DNA from: Tubulanus polymorphus
Lineage: Eukaryota > Animalia > Nemertea
Reading direction: 5' to 3'
Length of the DNA stretch: 64,000 nt
Assembly (NCBI RefSeq): GCF_964204645.1
Contig: NC_134029.1
Coordinates: forward strand, 6,758,001-6,822,000
A program made the translations under genes and the position numbers. This document shows positions 24,324 through 50,100 of this stretch, in pieces; the first letter of the stretch is position 1; every line of letters begins with the position of its first letter. The notes under the pieces were generated by a model. That model was not told where the DNA came from and did not search any database. It was given only the letters and a program-made list of their open reading frames with translations.

Positions 24324-26772
24324 TCTGAAGTTAATGTTCGATCCTGAAAGCAAGCATTCTCCAAACAGTATGTATATAACGATAAAATACTGAAATTGTA
24401 GCGCTCATGCAACTTTGAGGGAAAGGTTAAGAGTAAATAGCTAAATCAATAAGCAAACCCACAGATGATGACTAAATAATTTATTCTAATCTTTCAGTTT
24501 CGAAGTTTTGACTAAAACTAAATCATCAAAAACCGTTCCTCTGCAAAATAAAACGTTTGAAATGAAATATATTGATCTTTGAATTACAGTGTTTGAGGTA
24601 TATCATCCACAATCGTTGTGGTATGTAATATTTTGCGCATTGGATTGTCGAAAAACAGAAAAACAGAAATTCAATGCCTTGAAGTATAGGAAATCAGAAT
24701 CCAGTCATCGAACAATTTCCAGCATCTTTGCTTCGTCTTCTTTATGTTGGAAGTTAACTACATGAACTTGAGGACTGCACATATCACGTACACATACAAT
24801 ATACTTAACTTCTTTTGTGTAACAGTTTAAAATAACACACATAGAGCAGAGATTACGTATTTCGACAATCAATTAACAAGAACTTGGGCTACTGTACGAC
24901 TATCAAAACGCAGTAAAAAATGTCGTGATATGGACCCGGATTCCCGAACAGCCTTTATCCGTCGAGTCGAGGAAGCCGCTTGAACTTGTAACTTGTTTTC
25001 CCGTTAAAAATACAAAAATATGGTAATAAATATGGGTTTTCAAGTTTCTATTTCTTTCATCTAAAGAATTTGATATGTAGTTTTGTATAAATGTATGATT
25101 CAAGTTTTTGGCCATATCATAGATAGTATGTATAATATAATATGTGATTTCAATATTTTCGGAAATTTAATTAAGTTAAGTTAAGTTAAGTAAAAATGAG
25201 TAACAATGGACGAGTTCATTTTGCCATTTCATTGTTCTCTCGACTTACACTGTATGTATTTTGTAAAGGAGTTATTATTTATAGCTTTATTTAATTACGG
25301 TTCGTATACTACGTCACGTTTGCCACATAGTGCCATAAACAAATCATTGAATGAATTCAATAAATCATAAAACAAATATGACAATCCAATGTACAGATTT
25401 AGAATTAACATGAGAAACTGTCGCTTTATCTAAAAATTAGAAAAAGAAGGCGGGCTTGATAGGTATTGCTTCATAATAATCTATAATTTTAGTTACCGGT
25501 AGGGGTTTTGCTATTTCAGCCCCAATACGTTTTAGGAATACACTAATTAGTCACGTCCAGCAGACGGTTTTGGTTCTGAAGATACAATTAGTTCACGTAC
25601 TTCATTCAAATTGGTTGGATATAGAAAAAATACAATTGTACATCTTAGGCATATAATAATTGATAGTTCACTCCCAATTTACTAGAATATTTACAAAATG
25701 CCCTAATTCACTAATAGCTAATTTGTATTGACATGATACGCCATCTATATCAAAATTTCAGGGACGCGAAGACCTTGTGGGATTTTTCCAATATATCTTT
25801 CATGGAAGCCCAGAACTTAAAGAATTTATGAACTTAAACAATCTATTACTACAAAATTGACATTTTGTGCCTAATTATCATTAATTAAATTGTCATTGAT
25901 ATTGCGCGTAAGGTGCGTTTTCTATCTAACTGATTTATAGTTGACCTATCGGTCACCAAATTGCCACCTTGATAACATTTATATTGAGGGTTTTTTGCTT
26001 TTTTTCACAGAAAACCCCCATTGCTTTTCCCCGGATTATTATGATCATTATTATTATTTTCCTTCCCCTGGCCTTTCAAAGCAGATAAACCCCAAAAGTC
26101 ACTAAAAGATAACTACTACGGATTTCTACGAAATTTTCTAGGATTTTACTTAAGCCCAATACTTACAGATTTCAAGTGTCTATATTTTGATTGACCCCTC
26201 GGTTCGTGCCCCAGGGGTCGAAAGGTAACATGTCTCCGAATGTCAGATTCTGGATCGAGAGGCCGAAAACCGTTGTGTTCGACATATTTTTCGTTGCATT
26301 AGCAATTCCTCGACGTACTGGACGTCAACATTGTTATCGGTATCTAGACCGACAAAATAGTTAACGCATGTATTTGTAATGAACAGGGCATACTCAAACT
26401 TCAAAAATATCATAGTATTCAACAACGTATAGAATAAGATTTATTCTTTTTTTGAATTCTTTACTTCGATGAATTCATGGAACGATCGACGAACTTTCGA
26501 ATACCATGTATATATCCTAAATTTGTTTTGCAGGGGAAAAGAATTCGTATATTCTTTTGTTACATTTCGGCGATGAACTTTTAAAGTTCGTGAATCTCAA
26601 GTCATTATCCATCGTTATATTACCATGAAACATTGTTTGCAGGCACGATTATCTTTAGCATCATCGATTTAAGTATTATCTCTCCGGGGAGTACGAAAGC
26701 ACTACAATTTCAGTATTCTGTCGTTATATGCCGTCCGCAGAGCTGCTTCATTTCGGGAACATTAACTTTAGA

Positions 26773-27753
26773 ATGGAGACGAACTTCACTAATGACTGCC
26801 AGTTGAATTACATTACAAATATTTCCTGGATGTTCAACGTATTTGCTATTTTACCCATTACAATAATTGGAATCTTTCTGAACTTCCTGACGTTTTATGT
26901 TTTATCATCGTTCAACACGGAAGTTCCGACATTCACTATATTACGCGTTCTTGCCGTAGCGGAAAATGTATTACTTATTTGCTATCTTATCGCGCGTCCG
27001 ATTCGATACTTGGTGGAATGGGTATACTCCCCGCGAGAAATGTTTTTCAGAAATGTCAGTGAGGTCGGTGTCTTTCTGTCATATGTTGCGATGTCACCGT
27101 CTGTAATAGCTAAAATGGTCAGGAACTGGATCACAGTTCTGATTAGTTTAGAACGAGCATTTGCTATCGTATTCCCGTTGAAAGCACGTGCTTATGTCTC
27201 CAAACGCGAGTGCTTAATATCTTGTGTTGTTATCATATTTCTTTCCATAGGGACACAATTTTGGCGATTTTTCTACCGTGACGTAGCATACCGCTACACA
27301 AAATGCCCTTATCCGAGTGAAGTTTCATATTTGCGACTTCTACGTATTCCAGGCACTGGAGTTGAGTTTCGCTCAGCAATACACATGTCAATGATCACTT
27401 TTTCGCCTTTCATCATTTTGTCCATTGCCAATATGATAATAGTTAAATCGTTGGTGGATGCCACACGTAAACGGGATAAGATTTCCAGCAAACAATCATC
27501 ACCAGCCATGATCCAACATCAGGCTTCATTTCTAGCACTTGCGGCCGTTATGTCGTATTTAGTTTTCGAATTTCCGGCCGGAATTAAAAAATTATTGATG
27601 CAATTTATTCCGCCCACCAAGGAATTGAAAATTGTCGCTAAGACTGGGCAAACATTATCGAGCACGAATTCGTGTGTCAATTTTGTATTGTATTGTATTT
27701 CGAGTAAAAAACTGAGACAAGAAGTACGCAGGAAACTAGTAGGGTGCAAATAG
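26773..27753 (+). CDS. Intronless rhodopsin-class GPCR, copy B (near-identical to copy A; extra in-frame ATG at 26728)
   Basis: Same 7TM motifs; differs from copy A at about 15 residues plus the C-terminal tail. Confidence 0.92.
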   Translation: METNFTNDCQLNYITNISWMFNVFAILPITIIGIFLNFLTFYVLSSFNTEVPTFTILRVLAVAENVLLICYLIARPIRYLVEWVYSPREMFFRNVSEVGVFLSYVAMSPSVIAKMVRNWITVLISLERAFAIVFPLKARAYVSKRECLISCVVIIFLSIGTQFWRFFYRDVAYRYTKCPYPSEVSYLRLLRIPGTGVEFRSAIHMSMITFSPFIILSIANMIIVKSLVDATRKRDKISSKQSSPAMIQHQASFLALAAVMSYLVFEFPAGIKKLLMQFIPPTKELKIVAKTGQTLSSTNSCVNFVLYCISSKKLRQEVRRKLVGCK

Positions 27754-28174
27754 TAAAAATAATTGAATGAAAATACGTGGGTTGTTTCTATACGATGAAT
27801 AAGTTTCCCATGTAGATTCTAAATTTCTACATTGGGTTATCATATTTATTTGATGACAATTATTTTCATTCCGCTTACATATATAGGCGCTATGTGGCAA
27901 ACGTGACGTAATATGCGTCAGACGAGGGTATTATGAACCTTAATTAAGTACAGCTATATTAACTCCTTTACAAGATATTTTACAAGATCTCCTTTACAAG
28001 ATACTTTACAAGATAAAACAGTGTAAGTCGAGAGAACGGGTAAAGTGAAATCGTCCATTGCTACTCCATGATACAGAGGAAGGGTATAATCCACTTAACT
28101 TACATTTCAGGAAATCAAATATCATATCATTCTATCCATGATATGACCAAAACATGAAACATATACCATTTATA

Positions 28175-28310
28175 TGTTGATCAAATCACATGACATAATG
28201 ATCCTGACCGAAACGAAGCTTAACGATACAGATGAGGCCTGGGCTAAGAACTTCTTTAACAATTTGGGGTATACTGTATTCTTAAAAAATCGTGAGAAAC
28301 TATCTTCAAT
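28175..28310 (+). mobile_element. Fragment of a non-LTR retrotransposon APE-type endonuclease
   Basis: Translation HDIMILTETKLND...LGYTVFLKNR resembles the APE D(I/V)xxLxET motif and the following GY...R motif. Confidence 0.55.
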
Positions 28311-28569
28311 AAAACCCAAATTCATACGAGATTTTGGTATTTCTAACGGAGAAAACGAATCACAAGTTTACTTTCCTCAACTCGACGTGTAAAGGCTTTC
28401 GAGAATTCGGGTTCAAATGATGATCAAGACATTACATTATTGCGTGTTGATATAGTCTTACATTAGCCCAAGTTCTTGCTTATTGATAGTCGAAATACGT
28501 AATTACGCCGAATCGCTGTTCTACGTATATTATTTAGTACCGTTACACAAAAGAAGTAAAGTATAATAC

Positions 28570-28985
28570 TACGGAAGCGATAAAGGGCCTCGAGATGTCG
28601 CGTTCCAACTCGACAAGTCGTCATATTTATGTCGACATACCGCGATATATCGCGTCAAGTCGACATAAATATGTCGATATATCGTGACGTTTTGACGACA
28701 TATTTCGTTTTCTCGACCACTTTCCTCGCGACAAGTCGACATATTCACGACGACTTGAAACTCAGTCGTCATTTCACTGGCGTCCTTATCTTACATTTAG
28801 ACGTGTCTTCAAATGACGGCTTGTCCCGTGAAAAATGGGCGAAAAAGCGAAATTTGTCGTGAAATCGTCACAATATGTCGACATATTCATGTCGACTTGA
28901 CGCGATATATCGCGATATATCGACATAAATATGGCGACTTGTCGAGTTGGAACGCGACATCTCGAGGCCCTTTATCGCTTCCGTA
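28570..28985. mobile_element. Non-autonomous IS3EU-like DNA transposon with long TIRs and 6-bp TSD
   Basis: TAATAC|TACGGAAGCGATAAAGGGCCTCGAGATGTCGCG ... CGCGACATCTCGAGGCCCTTTATCGCTTCCGTA|TAATAC; inverted repeats extend over 120 bp. Confidence 0.8.
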
Positions 28986-29354
28986 TAATACTGCTTGTGA
29001 TATGTGCAGATGATTTTCCCACTTATCACACAGATAGTTTCTTCTTGGGTTGTTCGTTATCTTATCTCATAGTGTGATATTTAATCATACTCCTAAACTA
29101 TAATCGGAATATAATCCAAATTTACAGCTTCAATCCATTAGAAAGGAGTAATGGAGCCTAGATTTAATTCTTCAATTTGCCAATGACCTACTAAAATGGA
29201 TAAGATCTTTTGAGGATAATGGAAGTCAAATGGTTTTTAGCTAGTATCAAAAATATACTGAAGAGATGATCATGGTTTGATCCTGGGGGAGATGTATCAT
29301 GTTTGGAAATTTAGACGTACTGATTACAATGCACATACATTAGACACTGCTGCG

Positions 29355-29362
29355 TATAAAAG
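29355..29362 (+). promoter_or_regulatory. Candidate TATA box of the third GPCR
   Basis: TATAAAAG about 75 nt upstream of the ATG at 29432. Confidence 0.35.
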
Positions 29363-29431
29363 GTCTGACATCAAACCAATGAAAAGAGTCGAGGGTTAAT
29401 TTGTCAGTGTGTATTCATTTTAGTTCCAATT

Positions 29432-30511
29432 ATGACAACCAGTATTGCAGTTTGGAAAGAAGTACCGAACAACTCGACGGTAACTGACGTAGCGGTAACT
29501 ACGACAGAACTACCTTGGTGGCCATGGGACAGATACATTACTATCATGGCAATCTGGACAGCTTGGTCTATGGCTTGTACTTTGTTTTTTGGAACGGTCG
29601 GAAATCTTTTCTCGGCGGCACTTCTCTTCAAATACCGCAGTAAACCTCAAGCATGTGCCGTCTATTTGATTCCGCTCGCGTTGAGTGATCTAATGTTCGT
29701 CTGCTCCGAGGTTGTTGCCCAAATGCTCAATCAAACGCGTATGCACTTCCACATACGATTGAAACATTTGAATGGTATTCGTTATTGGAATGATGCTTCG
29801 TGCGCATATTTCAAATACGTTCCCTACGTCACTGAGTTCATATCGCCGTGTATCATGTTAATCATAAGTCTCGAACGCTGCGTCGTTATCTGGCGACCAT
29901 TTATCAACGTCAGCACAACGTTTCGTCGGGCTTGTGTTGGTCTCGCCGTCATCATACCATCTTCTTACAACTTCTATCAAATCTTAATCATTTCGAGAGT
30001 TGAGTACACCGTGCTTGGCATTACCTTCGTGAGTTGCCGGAATATGAAAGGCCCTGGGCTTTCCAGGTTAGCGTACTTCGAGAAAATGATTGAATCAATT
30101 TACATCCGAAGATATTTCATGACCTCGTCGCTGGCATTAACCAACGTTATAACGATATTCGGTCTACTTCGTGCCACGTACGAGCAAAACCGGGCCAAAC
30201 TCTCCTCCTCCAGTCAAAATCAGCAACGGTCGAAGGTGATAAAAGCTAGTAAACATCTGATCGTTTTGTCTGTGTTATACGGAATTCTCTACCTGGCAGA
30301 ATCGACGCCGTACGCCCCAAGCTCGAGTTCATCTTTTGCCCACTTGGCCAGGCTGAGGTTTGCCGCCACATGGCTATACCATTGGTCGTTTGCGATGAAT
30401 TTCTTAGTCTACTTTTTCAATTTGGAGTTTTTCCGAGCGGAGGTAATATTCATCCTGAGTTGTGGATGGATCGACAAACGTAAAACTTCAGCGCAAAGGC
30501 AGCAGCGATAA
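29432..30511 (+). CDS. Intronless rhodopsin-class peptide-receptor-like GPCR, 359 aa, distant from copies A and B
   Basis: GTVGN in TM1, LALSDL in TM2, Cys at the top of TM3 plus an ECL2 Cys, SLERCVVIWRP, MNFLVY in TM7; AATAAA at 30526. Confidence 0.92.
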   Translation: MTTSIAVWKEVPNNSTVTDVAVTTTELPWWPWDRYITIMAIWTAWSMACTLFFGTVGNLFSAALLFKYRSKPQACAVYLIPLALSDLMFVCSEVVAQMLNQTRMHFHIRLKHLNGIRYWNDASCAYFKYVPYVTEFISPCIMLIISLERCVVIWRPFINVSTTFRRACVGLAVIIPSSYNFYQILIISRVEYTVLGITFVSCRNMKGPGLSRLAYFEKMIESIYIRRYFMTSSLALTNVITIFGLLRATYEQNRAKLSSSSQNQQRSKVIKASKHLIVLSVLYGILYLAESTPYAPSSSSSFAHLARLRFAATWLYHWSFAMNFLVYFFNLEFFRAEVIFILSCGWIDKRKTSAQRQQR

Positions 30512-30668
30512 TGCAATATCCGTGTAATAAATATTTGCATTCCATCAAAAAGAGGTTTGTCATGCAATCGCCACTAATCACATTTTCAATTAGTGTTGTC
30601 TTTTCGGGATTCATCCAAACATCAAGGTATTGTCTGCTTTATGTTATCAACCTAATCTACCTCGATAA

Positions 30669-30782
<114 letters not shown>

Positions 30783-31269
30783 GTTGATTCAAGTAATGTC
30801 GTAATTTTCAAGCTTAAGCCCCCGGGTTAACGTTGATACCGGTCTATGAAACAAGATCCCGGTGAATTACCACACCATGTAGACATGTACCACACCATGT
30901 AGACGGTTGTACCGTGCTAATATGCGCTATGGGAACAAACCCTCCCTTGAGAGTTACCGGCAAACATTATCGCGCCCAGAAGCTCAAAACATACGTCTCA
31001 CGCGTGTCATGTTTACGGTCAACGGTGACTTTTACTTCGATAAGCCGCTTGCGCTTGGCGGCCAATATGACGCGCGGTGGCTTTTGTCCACATGTCATTT
31101 ACTAATACACGCATGTAATGTCGTCGGAAATTCATGAATTTTGCCGTCATTGATTACGCCAAACAATCATTGTCTTTATTACGATTTTTTTGCACAGGAT
31201 TCCATTATGACATTGCAAGATCAAACAAAGGAAACAAAATAATGTAACATGTCGCATTGGAAAATATAC

Positions 31270-31884
31270 TAGAGAAGACTCCTCTCAACTCGAATCCTAT
31301 GAAGTCGAAAATCCGTTCAACTGCAAATCTAGAAAGTTTTTTTTCTTCTGTCTCTTATGTTAAACCATATTCAAATTCACTCTAATCGAAATTTCTCAAC
31401 TCGAATATTCGTTCGAATTCGTTCGACAAAAATTACGTTCAAACTGCTCTAAACTTGAATATCTTAACGACCTCCCGGCAGCAACAGCAATTACTGGTTA
31501 AAACATGCATGTGTTTACTGCTTTGAATAGCAGGCTACCGGTAGTAGACAATACATCGGTCATGGAGACATTCGGTCATTTGTACTACACAATCTCCAGC
31601 TTGGTTAGCGATCCTAAATACCCGACAATTAACTGCCCGTTGCCCGTTCAGCACTCAAAAAAGTTCACTACGGTAATTTCATGATCGTTCATAGTTCTTC
31701 GCACCAAGTAAATTTACGTTTATCTTGCATCTTATTGTCAAACAAGCCATGTAGGATCGAATGTTTTATTGAGGTTCAATTTCCAATGATTTTTTACCAA
31801 ATTCGTCAAAGCCCCATCTCGAATTCCGCTTAACTCGATGATATTTTCTGGTCCCAATGAATTCGAGTTGAGCGGCGTCTACTG
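31270..31884. mobile_element. Degenerate pogo/Tigger-like MITE
   Basis: Right end GAATTCGAGTTGAGCGGCGTCTACTG|TA is inverse to left AGACTCCTCTCAACTCGAAT; internal AACTCGAA repeats. Confidence 0.5.
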
Positions 31885-32954
31885 TATCCCAAGTAACTAG
31901 CTTCGTAAAAAAATATCAAAGATTTCTCAAGTGATCAAATTCTTGAACATATTTTCGTTTTATTCCACGAATCCAAATGCGCGCACTACCAGCAGGCACG
32001 CAGTCAGTTGATAAGAGATTTTAAGGATCACCGACAATATCGCCGAAGAACGATTCTAGACCCGATATCGCCGGCTTGATTACATACAATTACCGCTGCA
32101 GCTCACGAATGCAGACATACAGAGATGATAAAGCCATAGTGTATAATATATTTGCTCGGTCGATGACAAAACACAACGACCATAAATTGCAAGTCAACTA
32201 ACGATTAAAGGGCAAAATAGTTTGCCCCTGAGGACGAAAGAACAGAATTTTCTATCCACAGTATATATCATGTATATAATTGACTAAGAACTCGCATTTC
32301 TGCTACAAAGTAATACAACAGGTAAATATATACAGAATGGACGTACGTTGTACATAATTATGTAGATAAAACGTATTCAATTACGATGGACGGCAGTGAA
32401 ACAAGCAACAATCAATATCCAAAAATTCGCGAGTTCTACAATATGCCCCCAAACACAGAAGTTAGAAATAGATGATCGAACCACCTTTAATTATTTTTTC
32501 CCAAGAAAATTATAGGGAACAATTGTAAAAATATATCAAAGGTTGCAAGGCAACTTTGCATTCAGTTCCACGGTTTGATGTTTAAGGGTCAAGTTAAGTT
32601 CAGTAAATATTTGCCAGTGCAGTTCACTTATCATAAACTCTGCAATTTCGCATTTAATTCACCACCGTGGAACCACCTGCAGAATATCATAACATAGAAC
32701 TAACGCAACAGTACTTGAACACTTTCGTAGATAGAAAAATATAAATACATAAATCCCTGATCAATTCAGATAAAAGCTAGCATTCCACTATAGGTCTTTA
32801 AGTATGTATGGTAGAAAAACTACAAGCTGGACTGTTCGCATAATATGTCAAGATTTTTGCCATTTTCACCTAGGATTTAATTTCATAATGCTTAAAGTGT
32901 CCACATACTGGAATGTATGGCTTAGAAATCGGTATTATATTGCATAAATTCCTG

Positions 32955-33063
32955 GGCCCGGTTTTATAGACTGGTATTATCTTTTACCCTGGTTCTAACA
33001 CAATTGAAAAAGAATCGAGTTAACTCCTAGGTTAAAGATAATACCAGTCTATAAAACCGGGCC
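32955..33063. mobile_element. Palindromic MITE with CTG target duplication (Harbinger-like)
   Basis: CTG|GGCCCGGTTTTATAGACTGGTATTATCTTT ... AAAGATAATACCAGTCTATAAAACCGGGCC|CTG; 30-bp perfect TIR. Confidence 0.8.
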
Positions 33064-33978
33064 CTGGGTATTTTGAGATCAGCCCATGCAAAAGATAAAA
33101 CGGTAGACTCTGCTTAAGTTTGGACCATGAAAACTGGTCCAATTTTGGCAATACTCAAGTCGGATGGGTTATACATGTATTGGTAATTCTAGACTACTGT
33201 ATAAACAGACTATATATCGAAGTAAAATAGCACCCGAATTTTCGACAACAAACAACACAGGGTAACATGATACAAACATTTACCAACAAATCATATCATT
33301 ACACGTATTACTAATTCATATAAGAAACAAGCTACAGGCAACAATAGTTCTCGGGATTGCATTTTGGATATGTTGTATCAAGGCAAATAGTTAAATTCTT
33401 TGTACCCAACTTTCATCAAGATCAACTCGCAATAAACGAAGCTAATGTCATCGAAATACCGTACAACAGACAACCAGGACGAAAATAAGGGTCTCGGAAG
33501 CTCGAGAAACAAAAATCAACACAGTGGAAAAGCAAGAAAATATTGAACAGAATACGATAGCTTAAGACACCTTTTCGCCTGGAATATTTGTAATTATATT
33601 TTCACTTAGCAGTAACTATTCACAGGGTTTCGTGAAACAAGTTTTTTTCTCATCAGTATAAAACGCTTGTGGCCGATAGACGATTATGCTTTTTCTTCCG
33701 GGCCGCTTCCCGGCGTTCATCCTCCGGGAACAGCAAGGCGACGCCTTCACTGACGGGGTGATAGTCACTAGCCGAAGTCGGTCTTCTGCCGTTGGTATGA
33801 TTTGACGGTGGGGGAAGCGTGACGGAGCGATTCGCATCTCGACTAGTTGTATTCAACAGTGTTTGTTTATGCCTGGTTACCGCCGGTGGCACCACCGCGG
33901 GACGCGCTAGGCTTTGCGACGACGAACTCTGGCGCGGTTTCGAAGCAAATTTTTGTCCGGGTGCGGCGACGGCGAACA

Positions 33979-46711
<12,733 letters not shown>

Positions 46712-47197
46712 TCATGTCATTTCTTCGTTTTTCGGGAAGTATTCGACAGAGACTGGGCCGTTTAGACGTCATTTCGGGCCGCTATACTCATCGTCCGTAC
46801 GTCAGAAGCGGCTTAGAGATAATATGGATGTAATTTTACGGCGGTGGAATCGATTCTGTTAGCAGGACGTATGTAAAAGGGGCCACTTAAAAAACCTGGA
46901 CGACGAATGAAACGGTTCCCCCAAAAAACCAACCAAGTCGAAAATGGCCTTAAATCTACCTGCGCTACTCGATAATGAAATTGTGTTGTTTTCACACTAG
47001 TGTCGGGTAGTTTTGTCAGTGTCCGAAACATCGCCACTGGTTACTGTTTGGCCTCGAAAACACAAACATACACATAACAATAACAAAAACGACAGCTCCA
47101 CCAGCAGCCTTAAAAAAGGAATAACGGAACGTTCGTTTTTTTATCATCATTCATCGACAGAGTATACCGCCGTGGAATAGGCTTATTTATTGACAAT
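46712..47197. promoter_or_regulatory. Probable bidirectional promoter and 5'UTRs between STXBP4-like and UBL3
   Basis: Divergent start codons under 500 bp apart; CpG-containing interval. Confidence 0.5.
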
Positions 47198-50100
47198 ATG
47201 GGCTCGAGAACAACAGGAATTCCTACTGACAAGGTAAAGATAAGATTACATCCTCGATTGACGTGACTTTTAGTTTATTGTATTATTATTGTAAAATCCT
47301 CTTCTATACGTGCTTAAATGTGGTGTGTGGGAGTGTGAGGTAATTTGTGCACCTCCCCAAGGACACTCAGTAACTTTTTTTTACAGATTAAGAAGGATGA
47401 CAGTTTTGTAGTTGAATATCTCCTGTGTTTAACACCAGGGACAGTTGCAGTCATGGATATTATACAGTCAGGACTTAGATTTAGTCTGAGACTAACTTAA
47501 CTTCTAATTGTCAATGTAACAACTGGAGACCTGTCTTCAGATTTTAAGATCACTTTCGGGACTTACGTCACCACTGCAACTGGGCCCAAAATTTGGAACA
47601 CGCAAAAGCAATATTCTAAAATACTTATGAGCATTAGAAGTGACATGACGGTACGTGTATTCGATAACGAAAAGTTGTGGTTTGTCGTCATCAGTTCTGG
47701 TTTTTGGGGCTAACCAAATTCGACTATGCTCCAGATCCTGGCTAACCAAATTCGACTATGCTCCAGATCCTGACGTGAATCCAGGTGGTCTAAGGAGACA
47801 TCCATTATTCAAGGGCACATTTTGGTAAAATCTAAAAGGGAAATCTAAAGGGCTTCCAGAATGAAGCTTTTCTTAGTAATTTTCCCTCGAATATCTTTGT
47901 CAGTACCTTATGCCTCTGTGGGATCCACCCCATATGTGCTAAGTTTGTCTAAAACCCGATTTCAACTTAAAAGTCACTTCTAACTTCAACTGGTTAGAAG
48001 CTATGGAATATAATGGTATTGTTCTTGCTTTGTTGGACAATTTCAAGATTTTTAGAGCCAAAATTGGGACGTGAAGTCTTCACAATTTTACTCTCACTGG
48101 TACCTAAGATAGTACATGTACCTATCAACATTTCAATTTTGGTTTTGCTGTACCATGATATTGAGGCACCTATTAGTCTGTAAGAATGGCCGTCATGCTC
48201 TCCTTTTGACCGAAAAATTATTGAGTAGGCCTAGTGCTCTTCATCATATTGTGTGAGTTTTGACAGCAACGTCAACTTATGGCTTCTTTCAGTCAGGTGA
48301 GCTGGTATTGATTAAAATATCAGTGTGTTCTGATGGAGCTGCGAAGGAGGCCGGAGTCCGGTATTGGTTATTATATGTGTCGGTATGTGGCCAGCGATGA
48401 GAGTGAATTGCTGTAATCGTTGACTTCCCGTCTACCTCTGGATGACGCTTTGGACCTTTTTGTCTCGGATTCGGGTCACGCCGTGGCGATATCTCGTCAC
48501 TTGTCCATTATCTGTCTCAGACGCATGCCCTATCGGCAATGCGATCTGTTCTATATGCTCGTTTGAGACACCCTGAGTGACTAGTCTTGGCTAAGCTAAG
48601 CTAAGCAGGAATTACGTGATTCGTGTAGTGTTGTCCACATGTTGGTTTTAGAGGGGCTTGAATTTTGGTTTGAAGTCTCTCCTTCGAAATATTGACGATT
48701 AACCTAATTTTCAGTGCAATCTGACACTGGCACATTAACTATTGAACTCATATATTACATAGGCCCTAAGAATTAGATATGAAATACATTTGATTAGGAA
48801 AATAAACGTCAATTCACTAATCGTTATTTCCAAACGCCAACATTGATGACTTATAGTGTATATCAACACATACAGAACCCCTTATATAACACATATACTA
48901 GGTATCAATACATTATTGTCACGGTTTTTGCGGCGTCAAAAAAGCAATAATCAGTATATTGATAGAACAGTGACATCAATTTATACAGGGGCAGTAGATT
49001 TTTTAACTGGGGTAAATCATGTAAAATGACTGTGCTGACCACCCCTCTGAAACTTCTTATGGAGAACACTATCTTGGAGACATGCCTAGCATGAATCGAG
49101 AATTGATTCGGGGCCTATACGCTTACCGCTGGTGCTCGTCTTCCGGCACTTGTTCTGTCTAAACGGGCGGCGTATAATAGATTTATATGTATCTGGTATT
49201 GAGGGGGAGAGATCAGCTGAAGTTTAGCGTGGTCGGGGGTTACTATTGACAACAACGCTCATTGCTGCGCGCACACGAGTGTAGGGGCTAATAGGAAACG
49301 AGAGAGAGAGAGAGTTTCGAGACAAGAGACATAGAGACAATCGCAAATAGAGAAACATAACTGGTTACATAACTCATCTCTCAGTAATATCCGTGTATCT
49401 TCAATATAAGCCGTACACGTAGAAGTGGTCGAGTAGCGAGATTTGGTTAAATGACCTGACTGCGCCTTTATCGTCGTCGTACACCGAAATGAGTATTTTT
49501 TTATTTCGCTTAGGTTTCATTTGAAAAGCCAGATCGAAAAACAAACGAATTTGAAGGCTGGACGGGCGTTTAGGCTAGCTAACCTAGGTGACCCTTGATT
49601 TTTGCGTTGATAATATCATTACCATTACCGCGCGGAAAGTTGTTATTGTCGCAATCCATACGACGGTCAGTGTACTTCGAAAAGGATTCGTTGTCTAGTA
49701 TTAGAATCGGTAAATATTTCTAATAATCCTATCTCGGTAGGAGTCGCGTTGTCCTAATGCGGTCAGAGTGAACACAAGGTGCTGAAGCTGATCCTGAGGC
49801 CAATTGTGAAGGATTTAGTCTCACGATCCCAAAAGGGTATTTTATGTCCGAAAAGACAATATTAGGCACTCCAGCGCTGATATGTACCAATGATCTTTGT
49901 TGAGAAAATGAAAAAGGACACTGAAAAAAAATGATGAACTCATACGCAAAAAAAATGATGAACTCATACGCAAGTCGCACGAGTCCTTCTGGGTTGTTTT
50001 TTCTCTGGCCCTGAGGTGATTTGATTTCTTAAGTTTTTTGCTCGTTGGTACCTGGGAAGCCATGAAATTGAGTATGACCGATATTATCGCGGATTTTTTT

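Noticed and set aside
28569-29013. Mirror-image ORFs and CRISPR-like short repeats
   Set aside because: Explained by the TIRs and internal palindromes of the transposon; no repeat-spacer periodicity, and the DNA is eukaryotic.
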